Assembly: GCA_002441125.1 (NCBI GenBank)
Contig: DJVI01000015.1
Coordinates: forward strand, 69,315 to 133,314
Origin: a candidate division WOR-3 bacterium UBA6260
GTDB lineage: Bacteria; Hydrothermota; 32-111
DNA length: 64,000 nt
Reading direction: 5' to 3'
Position numbers and translations under genes: made by a program. The notes below the pieces were generated by a model, which saw only the letters and a program-made list of their open reading frames with translations, was not told the DNA's origin and did not search any database. Shown piece after piece: positions 17,874 through 26,765 of this stretch; position 1 is the first letter of the stretch; each line of letters opens with the position of its first letter.

Positions 17874-19097
17874 CTAACTTTTAAATATGAATCTTAAAAT
17901 TTCAAGAATTTTATTTAGAAAAACCAAATTGCCACCTGTTATCCAAGAAATCAAAAGGATTACAAAATAAAAAGTAATAATAAAAATTATAAAACCTTTG
18001 AAATAATCTTGTGCTTTCAAAGTACCAAGCAAAAGTGGTTCCCTTGAAAGGTAAGCACTTGCAGCGTAAAGCTCCTCTCCAATTATAGTATAATCACAAG
18101 ATGTTATAAAAAATGGCAACTGTGTTACAGCATCTGTTCCTGCTATCTGAATAGCACCTGTTGTATTTCCTGCTTCAGCCATGATGAGTGATTCAGCCCA
18201 AAACATTCCGAGAAGTAGGTTTGTGGCTGGTTTCTCTCTTGTCATTATTCCTGAAACTGCAGCAGCGTATCCAAACTGAGAATCAGTTAAGAAGAATATA
18301 TCGTTATCGTTGTAAACATCTGGTCTTCCGGCTTCAGAGTAAGATTCTTTAACAACCTCTTTGGCAACAGTCATAACTATAGGATCCCTGTTTGGAACTA
18401 TAAGTTTTGTTTCATACTCCGCAATCTTTTTTGCTACAGGGCCAAGAATGTTCAAAGATGCTATAGTAGCTATATCTGACATTGAAGAAGAACCAGGGAC
18501 ATAAAGTACAGGTCTTCCCATCTCTGTTGCTCTTCCAACAGCTTCATCGAGTGTATCAAGACCTGAGATCTTCCTTACAAAAAGATCCTTTCCCTTTCTA
18601 ACACTTTCAACAAGGTAGATTATTACCATAGTGTAAATTATTATCATAAGTAAAAGTATAGTTTTATCAGTTTTAAAAAGATCAGCTTTTGGAGAAAAAT
18701 CACCTATCAAACATTTCTCAGATTCGTTACCCAAACTATCTGAAACCGCAAGATAATATTGGTATTTTTTTTGATAGGATAATCCCTCATCAACTATTTT
18801 TACCGGAAAGGACTGAAAAGTTTTAACATTTTTAAAAACTGTATCATTTAACTCTTTCCTGTAAAGTTTGAATAAAGAGTTGTTCCCTTCAAGAACCTTT
18901 TGACATGAGATCTCGAGTTTACTTCCGTCATCGTTGGATACATCTTTAATTTGGAACTCTTTAACAATAGTTGAATCAACTCTAACTACTGGTTCATCTT
19001 TTGAAGTTTCATTCTGAGGGAATGTTATTATAAAAGAAAGAATTATAAAAATGAAAAAGAAGATTTTGTTTTTCATTTTACTCCTTTTATTCTTCAA
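17874..19097 (-). CDS. module copy 2, gene A (paralog of 14422..15741)
   Basis: 407 aa. Signal peptide/TM, divergent ectodomain, conserved C-terminal domain as in copy 1. Confidence 0.6.
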   Translation of the reverse strand: MKNKRSKMKNKIFFFIFIILSFIITFPQNETSKDEPVVRVDSTIVKEFQIKDVSNDDGSKLEISCQKVLEGNNSLFKLYRKELNDTVFKNVKTFQSFPVKIVDEGLSYQKKYQYYLAVSDSLGNESEKCLIGDFSPKADLFKTDKTILLLMIIIYTMVIIYLVESVRKGKDLFVRKISGLDTLDEAVGRATEMGRPVLYVPGSSSMSDIATIASLNILGPVAKKIAEYETKLIVPNRDPIVMTVAKEVVKESYSEAGRPDVYNDNDIFFLTDSQFGYAAAVSGIMTREKPATNLLLGMFWAESLIMAEAGNTTGAIQIAGTDAVTQLPFFITSCDYTIIGEELYAASAYLSREPLLLGTLKAQDYFKGFIIFIITFYFVILLISWITGGNLVFLNKILEILRFIFKS

Positions 19098-20208
19098 TCA
19101 ATTCAACATTCGCTCTTGGAAGCACTATCCTTTTACCATCCTCAAATTCAAATTCAAGAACCCTGACATGTGCTTCAGTTTCAATTTTTTGCAACTGTGA
19201 TGGGAGCCCAACAACTTTTCCTATTGCACCAAAATATGGCTGTCTTATTATTCTTACTACAGAATTGATATCCATTCCCATCTCAGCATGTTTCGATTCT
19301 TCAACAATAGTATCTATATCGTATGTAACTATAACTTCGGGTCTCATAACACCAGCCCTTATCTGAGTTGCACCATTTATTGAAGCCCTCTTACCATCAT
19401 TCTTTGAAAGAATATCGAAAGTTTTCTTCGCCATAGTCATCTGCCCGAACCCTTCTGTAACTATAACTGTAACTCCCTTCTCTTCCTGCCCGGTTATAGC
19501 AACACCTATCTCCTCACCAAGAAAATCCTTCAGATCCTTATCATCTATTCCACCAACAACAATACCTATAACTCCCTTTTTAACACATTCGTTTAAAATT
19601 TCACTTGTAACAAGGGATCCACCTATAACTATTTTTCCTTTCAAATCTTCAGTTATATCATTTTTAGTTAAAACATAGTCAGGTGATTTAGCAACAAGTT
19701 TCAACTCTCCCTTTACCTCTCCACCTATTCCGAAAATACCCTGAATGAATGTCGCTGGTGTTTGAACAACTATACCTTCATTCTCTATAACCTCAACAAC
19801 TTTTCCGTTAACATAAGCATCTATTTCGACCTTTTTTGGAGGTTTTCTTAAAGTCAACATTCCAGTTATATCAGAATAGTTTTCAACTATTCCATCGATA
19901 GGAGAAGGTATCGATGTTTTGAACAATCCTAAAAATCCTTTAGATTCAGCTATTATCTGATCTTTTTTTATCTTATCTCCAATAGAAACTTTCAAAAATG
20001 AACTCGCCTCTTTTGGAGGAACTCCAAGTTTTCCAGCAAGATTCAATCTCTCAACATCTCCTGGAAGTTCTGTCCTAGCAACTATATCATCAGCTTTCAC
20101 TAAATCTCCAACTTTAACAAGAACCTCTCCTTTTAAAGGTAATCTACGCTCTTTTTTTACTATTGCCTTTTCTGTAACTTTTAAACCAGGTGTATATGAA
20201 TGTGCCAT
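19087..20208 (-). CDS. hypothetical protein with hybrid-barrel (lipoyl/biotinyl-like) N-terminal motifs and a Gly-rich C-terminal region
   Basis: 373 aa, soluble. GEVLVKVGDLVKADDIVAR and IIAESKGFLGLFKTSIPSPIDGIVE resemble lipoyl/GcvH-like barrel strands. C-terminal GIVVGG...VIVTEGFG repeats. No confident family assignment. Confidence 0.4.
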   Translation of the reverse strand: MAHSYTPGLKVTEKAIVKKERRLPLKGEVLVKVGDLVKADDIVARTELPGDVERLNLAGKLGVPPKEASSFLKVSIGDKIKKDQIIAESKGFLGLFKTSIPSPIDGIVENYSDITGMLTLRKPPKKVEIDAYVNGKVVEVIENEGIVVQTPATFIQGIFGIGGEVKGELKLVAKSPDYVLTKNDITEDLKGKIVIGGSLVTSEILNECVKKGVIGIVVGGIDDKDLKDFLGEEIGVAITGQEEKGVTVIVTEGFGQMTMAKKTFDILSKNDGKRASINGATQIRAGVMRPEVIVTYDIDTIVEESKHAEMGMDINSVVRIIRQPYFGAIGKVVGLPSQLQKIETEAHVRVLEFEFEDGKRIVLPRANVELIEE

Positions 20209-20219
20209 AATTCCTCCAT

Positions 20220-22013
20220 TTATTTCTCAGGATAGACATTTAAAGCTTTTATCCATTTCTTCAACTTTTCTACCCTTTCATTATCATTTTCCGGGAGTAC
20301 AAAAGGTCTTCTTCCTCTTGCATCAACTATAACTCCAACTACTCCACCCTCAAGTTCAGCCTCAACCTCTTTACCTTTACCGTTACCAAGGTCAAGTCCC
20401 TTTGCAACACTTATTACAGCTTTTACTTTTTTGTTAAGTTCAAGAGGTATAACTCCCATATCGCCAAAATTGAATACGAATTCTTTATCATCAAATTTTA
20501 TCCTAACAGCTTCCTGCCCTTCCTTAATATTTCCCATAGGTGCTATACATGAACCTAACCTTATCAAACAGTCCTTTTCGAAAACTTCTGTTGCCGCTTT
20601 TTCATGAACGGTTGATAAGACACCAAGTTGTGGCATCATGAATATAGAATCAACTGTAAGCATGGTTATACCTTCAGGTAAAAATGCATCTATCATCATA
20701 AGAGCTGACTGTACTCTTCTTGGTGCATGAGAAAGAACTCCACCTGAGCCGACTATAAGGTTTAGTGTAAGCATGTTAACAAGTGTTTCTCCTGTACTCG
20801 TTTGTTCAAATGCATCGGAAATCGTTCTTTCTTTTTGAACTCCCTTAAGACCAACAGCCATAGTTTTATGTTGTTCGAGAGCGAGTCTTAAAGCTTCTCT
20901 CGAAATAGCTTGTTCTATCTGTAACTCATCCAAAGTTGATGGAATCGTGGTTGGTCTTATCATCTTATTTCGTATCCTGTTTCTAAGATCCTTTTCATCC
21001 ATATGGAATGGAACCCATCTCATAATATTTTTAAGTCCAGCTTCTTTAACAACATTTGAAATGGAATAACTCATACCAAGGTTTGCTGAAACTGTTCTGT
21101 TGAAAGTGTTCTGGAAGTATGAGAAAACATCCGTTGTTGCTCCTCCAATATCAACTCCCAAAACCTCTATCTTATCCCTTTTCCCTATAGTTTCAATCAA
21201 AAGACCAACGGCACCTGGAGTTGGCATTATTGGAACATCAGTCATATCCATAAGTTTTCTGTAACCCGGTGCCTGAGCCATAACATGTTCCATGAAAAGA
21301 TCATGTATTTTATCCCTTGCTGGTTTTAAATTCTCTTTTTCAAGTGTTGGTCTCAAATTATCAACAATATAAAGTGCAGTTTTCTTTTCAAGCCTTTCTT
21401 TTATCTCATCAACAGCTTTATTGTTACCAGCATATATTACAGGTAGTTTATACCCAGCACCAAATCTTGGTTTTGGATCAGCTGCCTGGATTATCTCGGC
21501 GAGTTGGACAACATGCGTTATGGTTCCTCCATCTGTTCCACCAGAAAGGAGTATCATATCAGGTCTTAATGTTCTAATCCTTTTTATCCTTTCATGGTCC
21601 ATCCTCTTATCGTTTGTTGCAATAACATCCATAACTATCGAACCTGCACCGAGCGCAGCCCTTGCGGCAGATTCGGCACTCATTTTGTCAACAACACCAG
21701 CAACCATCATCTGTAAACCACCACCTGCAGAAGATGTTGAAATGTAGATGTCAACTCCATCACCTTCACTCTTCTCTCTTTTTATTATATTGTCTCCATC
21801 CAAAATCTTTATTCCAGCGAGTTCTTCAACCTCTTTTATTGCGTTGAGAACACCCTTTGTAACATCTTCATAAGGTGCTTCAACTGTTGTGGGAGCTTCA
21901 CCTCTAACTATCAAACGATATTCGTTTTCTCTTTTTTCTATCAAAATAGCTTTTGTTGTGGTGGATCCACAATCAGTTGCAAGTATTCTCGTAATTTGAT
22001 CCTTCTCTTTCAT
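20220..22013 (-). CDS. ASKHA-fold protein related to glutamate mutase accessory protein GlmL/MutL
   Basis: 597 aa. N-terminal ILATDCGSTTTKAIL phosphate-1 motif and overall layout resemble GlmL (MutL) family ATPases. Longer than canonical GlmL, so function is uncertain. Confidence 0.5.
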   Translation of the reverse strand: MKEKDQITRILATDCGSTTTKAILIEKRENEYRLIVRGEAPTTVEAPYEDVTKGVLNAIKEVEELAGIKILDGDNIIKREKSEGDGVDIYISTSSAGGGLQMMVAGVVDKMSAESAARAALGAGSIVMDVIATNDKRMDHERIKRIRTLRPDMILLSGGTDGGTITHVVQLAEIIQAADPKPRFGAGYKLPVIYAGNNKAVDEIKERLEKKTALYIVDNLRPTLEKENLKPARDKIHDLFMEHVMAQAPGYRKLMDMTDVPIMPTPGAVGLLIETIGKRDKIEVLGVDIGGATTDVFSYFQNTFNRTVSANLGMSYSISNVVKEAGLKNIMRWVPFHMDEKDLRNRIRNKMIRPTTIPSTLDELQIEQAISREALRLALEQHKTMAVGLKGVQKERTISDAFEQTSTGETLVNMLTLNLIVGSGGVLSHAPRRVQSALMMIDAFLPEGITMLTVDSIFMMPQLGVLSTVHEKAATEVFEKDCLIRLGSCIAPMGNIKEGQEAVRIKFDDKEFVFNFGDMGVIPLELNKKVKAVISVAKGLDLGNGKGKEVEAELEGGVVGVIVDARGRRPFVLPENDNERVEKLKKWIKALNVYPEK

Positions 22014-22342
22014 TTATCCTCCTTAATATCCTTCTTCTTTCTCTTATGTTGATTTTCAAAATCTTCTATATACCTTATAAGTTTTTCAACAGAATCTCTC
22101 TCTTCAAAAATAAGAGATGCTTCACGGTACTCTTTTATGTTAAAAAATGTCAAAATTATTGGTTCCAGAAAAATCATTATCTGAGCACTTATGAAATTCA
22201 TAGGTTTTATGGATTCGAGAAACATTATAGCTGGAGCTGTCAAACTCCTCTTTACAATATTCTCAGCTATCTTTTTTAATATCTCCTCTTTCCTTTCAAG
22301 AGGAATCTCTTTTGGACTAACAGGTTGAAAACTCTTATCCAT
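22010..22342 (-). CDS. hypothetical small protein
   Basis: 110 aa. Overlaps gcvPB stop by 8 nt and the downstream gene start by 4 nt, which suggests translational coupling. Confidence 0.4.
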   Translation of the reverse strand: MDKSFQPVSPKEIPLERKEEILKKIAENIVKRSLTAPAIMFLESIKPMNFISAQIMIFLEPIILTFFNIKEYREASLIFEERDSVEKLIRYIEDFENQHKRKKKDIKEDK

Positions 22343-23789
22343 TATTTTCCCTGTACCAGTTTACAAAAAGATTTTTCAAAGCGTAAATATCATCAGGTCT
22401 TGAAACTGGAGTTGATGAAGGTGCACTTTTAACTTTTTCAGGATCATTTTTGGCTTCCTCATCTATCTTTTTCATAGCTTCTATGAAAGAGTCTAAAGTT
22501 TCCTTTGATTCGGTTTCGGTAGGTTCTATCATTATCGCTTCGGAAACTATAAGTGGGAAATATACTGTTGGAGCGTGGAAACCGTAATCCAAAAGTCTTT
22601 TTGCTATATCGAGAGTTGTAATGTTGTAATCCTTTTTATGTTTTCTTCCACTGAAAACAACCTCATGCATAGTTTCATTTTTGTAAGGCAGATCGTATAT
22701 ATTCTGAAGTTTCCTTTTAATGTAATTAGCGTTAACTATTGCCATCTTTGAAGCCTCACTCAAACCATCCCTTCCCATAACTTTTAAATAAGCCCAAGCT
22801 CTTATCATTATGTTTACATTACCATAGAATGAATGTAAAGATCCGATAGATTTTTCAGGATAATCTAATGAATATTTCCCATTTTCAAATTTTACTATGT
22901 AAGGTGGAAGAAAATCTTTTAATTTTTCCACAACTGCAACTCCACCTGCACCGGGTCCACCACCTCCATGTGGAGTTGAAAAAGTTTTATGAAGGTTGAT
23001 ATGTAAAATATCGAATCCTATTTTTCCAGGCTTTACTATTCCCATAAGTGCGTTCATGTTAGCTCCATCCATATATATAAGTCCACCTTTACCATGAACA
23101 ATCTGAGAGATCTTCTCTATCCTGCTTTCAAAAATTCCAAGTGTGTTTGGATTGGTTATCATTATTCCTGCTGTATCCTCATCCATATTCTTTTCAAGAT
23201 CGTCAAGATCTATTTCGCCATTTTGATCAGATTTTATCTGAACAGCTTTAAAACCTGAAAGTGTTGCTGAAGCTGGATTTGTTCCATGTGCTGAATCTGG
23301 AATAAGTATCTTTGTCCTCTTTTCGTTTTTACTCTTAAAATAATCACTTATAATCATCATTCCAGCAAACTCACCATGCGCACCGGCAACTGGTTGCAAA
23401 GAGATTTTAGAAAATCCTGTAACTTTCAAAAGCATATCCTGTAATTCATACATTATCTGAAGTATCCCTTGAACATCATCCTCATCCTGATATGGATGTA
23501 ATTTTGTAAATTTCGGATTTGAAGAGATATCTTCGTTTATAACTGGATTGTATTTCATCGTACATGATCCCAAAGGATAAAATCCCTTTTGAAGATGATG
23601 GTTTTTGTTTGAAAGTAAAACAAAATGTCTCAAAAGATCTATCTCTGAGACAACAGGCAATGATGTTTCTTCTTTTCTGAGATTATCACTTTTTATACAA
23701 TCTGAGAGTTTTATTGGAAATTGGTTTTCAGGTAATGAAACAATATTTGTATCTTCATCTGATAATTTAAAAATCAATCTATCATACAT
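22335..23789 (-). CDS. gcvPB: glycine dehydrogenase (decarboxylating) subunit 2
   Basis: 484 aa. PLP-dependent, signature GSCTMKYNP and HINLHKTFSTPHGGGGPG. Confidence 0.9.
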   Translation of the reverse strand: MYDRLIFKLSDEDTNIVSLPENQFPIKLSDCIKSDNLRKEETSLPVVSEIDLLRHFVLLSNKNHHLQKGFYPLGSCTMKYNPVINEDISSNPKFTKLHPYQDEDDVQGILQIMYELQDMLLKVTGFSKISLQPVAGAHGEFAGMMIISDYFKSKNEKRTKILIPDSAHGTNPASATLSGFKAVQIKSDQNGEIDLDDLEKNMDEDTAGIMITNPNTLGIFESRIEKISQIVHGKGGLIYMDGANMNALMGIVKPGKIGFDILHINLHKTFSTPHGGGGPGAGGVAVVEKLKDFLPPYIVKFENGKYSLDYPEKSIGSLHSFYGNVNIMIRAWAYLKVMGRDGLSEASKMAIVNANYIKRKLQNIYDLPYKNETMHEVVFSGRKHKKDYNITTLDIAKRLLDYGFHAPTVYFPLIVSEAIMIEPTETESKETLDSFIEAMKKIDEEAKNDPEKVKSAPSSTPVSRPDDIYALKNLFVNWYRENNG

Positions 23790-23934
23790 AACTACTCCTT
23801 AAAATTTTTAAAGAATTATTTTATATTAACAAGATAATAATGTCAACAATTTAATTTCTAAAATGTCAACAATTTTTATTGAAAAATTTTTTAAAATTAT
23901 TATAATTTTTTCAGGGAAATTTTGGAGGGAAAAT

Positions 23935-24705
23935 ATGAAAAGATTCTTTCTTTTATTCTTTCTTTTAATTACAGTTTTAACTTTATTTTCTTACGATTAC
24001 TACCTTCAGAAAGATGATGGGACTTTTGATTTGTATTGGTACGGTAATGTAAGAAGGGCTGTCAAATATTACCTCTCCGATACATGCACCTTGAAGGTTG
24101 TATATTGGGGAAGATACACAAAAAGAAGTGAAACTGATACTATATTGATTTTCAACGATAATTCTGGTATTCCCGGTTCAACAATTTACTCTGATACACA
24201 TCTTGTAAACACAAATAGTTTCCCACTACTTGTTTCTGATACTGTTGTTACACAGGTATTGCTATGTAACACATTCTATGTTGGACTATTTTCAAGATGT
24301 CAGGATCAACCTTCCAACGCTTTGGCATACTTCCTTTCAGATTCAACACCATCTTTTAACTCTTTCTGGGATAGCATCGGAACTTGGGTAGTTCAAAGAA
24401 GAGGTGATTATATAATTCAAGCTAAAGTTTCTGGACCAGAAGGAATAAGTTTAAGATTATATGAAGAGAATCTTTTGGATGAAAAGAAAAAAGATAACAG
24501 GTTTAACATTTCTTTTGAAAACAATTCAATAATGTTAAACAACATACTCTATTTTAAAATGATCGATAAAAGTGGAAGAAAAATCATAGAAGGAAGTTCG
24601 AAAAATGTTCTTATTGATTTAGACAATTTAAAAAGTGGTATTTACTTTTTAATAGTTAAAGATATTAATAACAAAACATACACTAAAAAATTCACAAAGT
24701 TTTAA
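23935..24705 (+). CDS. secreted protein with T9SS-type C-terminal sorting domain
   Basis: Likely true start MKRFFLLFFLLITVL (signal peptide) behind a GGAGGG RBS; the track ORF starts earlier at 23863. C-terminus ...KMIDKSGRKIIEGSSKNVLIDLDNLKSGIYFLIVKDINNKTYTKKFTKF matches the Por/T9SS CTD pattern. Confidence 0.55.
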   Translation: MKRFFLLFFLLITVLTLFSYDYYLQKDDGTFDLYWYGNVRRAVKYYLSDTCTLKVVYWGRYTKRSETDTILIFNDNSGIPGSTIYSDTHLVNTNSFPLLVSDTVVTQVLLCNTFYVGLFSRCQDQPSNALAYFLSDSTPSFNSFWDSIGTWVVQRRGDYIIQAKVSGPEGISLRLYEENLLDEKKKDNRFNISFENNSIMLNNILYFKMIDKSGRKIIEGSSKNVLIDLDNLKSGIYFLIVKDINNKTYTKKFTKF

Positions 24706-24740
24706 AAAAATATTTCACAGTTTAAAATAAAATCAATGGA

Positions 24741-24766
24741 AAACGCCCCTAATTAAGGGGCGTTTT
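24741..24766. terminator. rho-independent bidirectional terminator
   Basis: aaaACGCCCCTaattAAGGGGCGTtttc, perfect 9-bp GC-rich stem, between convergent genes. Confidence 0.7.
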
Positions 24767-24791
24767 CGGGAGGGGGTTGAGGAAGATAGAA

Positions 24792-26732
24792 TTAGGGGAT
24801 TATCGTAATCTTTTTTGTACTTTTTTCAAAACCTGTTTGTAGAATAACTATATAAACACCCGGAGAAACTTTGTTACCACTTGAACCTATATAACCGCTA
24901 ACTGAACTACCAAAAGTATTTGGAACACCATTCCATAAAAAACCTTCCTGATAAACACCCGGAAGGATATTTTCTTTGCTATCATAATAAACAAGTTTCC
25001 CATCAAGAGTGTATATGTATAACATAAGATTTGAAATCTTTCTTTTTATCTCAAAAGGTATCCTGACATAACCTGCTTTCAAAGGGTATGGGTTTGGATA
25101 TGGAGGTAGAAGTTTACTTGAATTTATTTGGTAAACTTCATTAGTATCATCATACATGACAGCTTTATAAAAATCTGGAACTCCATACCCAACAATCTGG
25201 TTTGGATATTCTGAAAAATATGTAGTATCTGGGATCAAAGAAGCGAACGCTCTTTTAGCTGTTTTTGTCAAAGCTTCTTTTACCTTATCTGGTGTCCAGT
25301 TAGGATGTGCCTGTAAAATCAATGCGCAACCAGCACTTACGAGAGCGGTTGAACCGCTTGTCCCAAGAATATAATTGAATGAGTTGGAACTATCCGAAAC
25401 AGTGTATGGCCATTCTGCAAGAGCTACAACTTCAGGTTTATACCTTTTTATCGTTGAATCAATGTAAACATCGTATGTTGGACCGGTAACTGAATACTGT
25501 GAATAAACCATAGAATCATCAACTCCACCAACAGTTAAAACTGAGTAAGCATCAGCAGGTGCTATTATAGATGTGTCAGCTCTGTCTATACCAACATTTT
25601 TTAAATTACCTATTGCATTTACAACAAGTATTCCAAAAGAATCTGATGCGATATTCGCCGCTTTTGAAATATTTGTTGAATCACCGGTCATGACAGAATA
25701 AGGATACCAATCCTTATATCCAACTGAACTTGAAATTATATCAGCACCTAAAGAATCAGCCCATTCACAAGCTCTGATCCAGTTATCCTCTTCAGAGATC
25801 AGCTCAGAATCAGCTATTTCAGTTTTCGCTATAATGTATGATGCACCAAAAGCTGGAGAGATGAGTTCACCTGAATAGTAAGAAGCCATAAGTCCAAGCA
25901 TCTTTGTCCCATGACTAAGCTGGTTAACCTCATCAGGTGATCCTCCATAAATTATACCTGCAAAATCTTTATTCTCTATAAAATCATAGGATGTAACAAT
26001 TTTCACATCTTTGAGTGCTTTATGTATAGGTTTACAAGTGTAAACGAATGTTGTTTCAAAAGGTATTGAGGATGTATCAACAACCATAGATGAATCTTTC
26101 AACATCAGAACACCAGTATCGAAAAGAGCGATAACAACATCTTTTCCTGTATATCCTTTGTTGTGTAAAGTGTTTATGTTCAACATTTTTATCTGGTTGT
26201 AAGAATAATCACCGTAAAAGTAAATATCATCTCCCTTTGAACTATTTATACTTTTACTTTTTATAACATCTTTTACAAGAAAATCTTTTTTCTTCCTCAT
26301 AGTTGAAACTGGAGAAACAGATTTTACGAACGGAAGTTGTGAAATTATTTCAACATCTTTACTCTCAACATATAATGAAACAGCGTTTAACCATTTCGAG
26401 ACCTTTTCAACCTTATAACCTTTACTTTCAAGAATCGAAATGTATTTTTTGTTTACTGGGAGATCAAGGTATCTATATTCTGAAAGATTTTTATTTTTCC
26501 TTCTCTCTTTTGATCTTTCCGTAACATAGGAAGGGTTATTTTTAAAATAACTGACAATCTTCTCTTTAGAATCAAAACCTTTATCTTTGAAAAATACCCA
26601 AACTTTAATCTTTTGAGAATCTAAAGTCGGGTTAGCAAAAATGTTTAAAGATATAAAAATCGATATGAGAAGTGAAAGGATTACAAGAGAGATCTCTTTT
26701 CTTTTCATATTTTTTTCTCCTTTAAAAATCAT
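24792..26732 (-). CDS. subtilisin-like serine peptidase (S8) with T9SS-type C-terminal sorting domain
   Basis: 646 aa. Signal peptide, S8 catalytic triad context (DTGV..., HGT, GTSGSTA), C-terminal YPNPYPLKAGYVRIPF...LYIYTLDGKLVYY...GVYIVILQTGFEKSTKKITIIP CTD. Confidence 0.8.
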   Translation of the reverse strand: MIFKGEKNMKRKEISLVILSLLISIFISLNIFANPTLDSQKIKVWVFFKDKGFDSKEKIVSYFKNNPSYVTERSKERRKNKNLSEYRYLDLPVNKKYISILESKGYKVEKVSKWLNAVSLYVESKDVEIISQLPFVKSVSPVSTMRKKKDFLVKDVIKSKSINSSKGDDIYFYGDYSYNQIKMLNINTLHNKGYTGKDVVIALFDTGVLMLKDSSMVVDTSSIPFETTFVYTCKPIHKALKDVKIVTSYDFIENKDFAGIIYGGSPDEVNQLSHGTKMLGLMASYYSGELISPAFGASYIIAKTEIADSELISEEDNWIRACEWADSLGADIISSSVGYKDWYPYSVMTGDSTNISKAANIASDSFGILVVNAIGNLKNVGIDRADTSIIAPADAYSVLTVGGVDDSMVYSQYSVTGPTYDVYIDSTIKRYKPEVVALAEWPYTVSDSSNSFNYILGTSGSTALVSAGCALILQAHPNWTPDKVKEALTKTAKRAFASLIPDTTYFSEYPNQIVGYGVPDFYKAVMYDDTNEVYQINSSKLLPPYPNPYPLKAGYVRIPFEIKRKISNLMLYIYTLDGKLVYYDSKENILPGVYQEGFLWNGVPNTFGSSVSGYIGSSGNKVSPGVYIVILQTGFEKSTKKITIIP

Positions 26733-26765
26733 AACAGAAGAAAAGAAAATTTCAAGAATATTTTT

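Noticed and set aside
12309-19097. Possibility that the duplicated four-gene module is the gliding/T9SS gldK-gldL-gldM-gldN operon
   Set aside because: Sizes are superficially similar and T9SS-CTD proteins are present. But topology does not fit: B is a ~6-TM protein rather than the 2-TM cytoplasmic GldL. A has no lipobox or FGE-sulfatase-like domain as GldK does. C and D are membrane-embedded rather than periplasmic like GldM/GldN.
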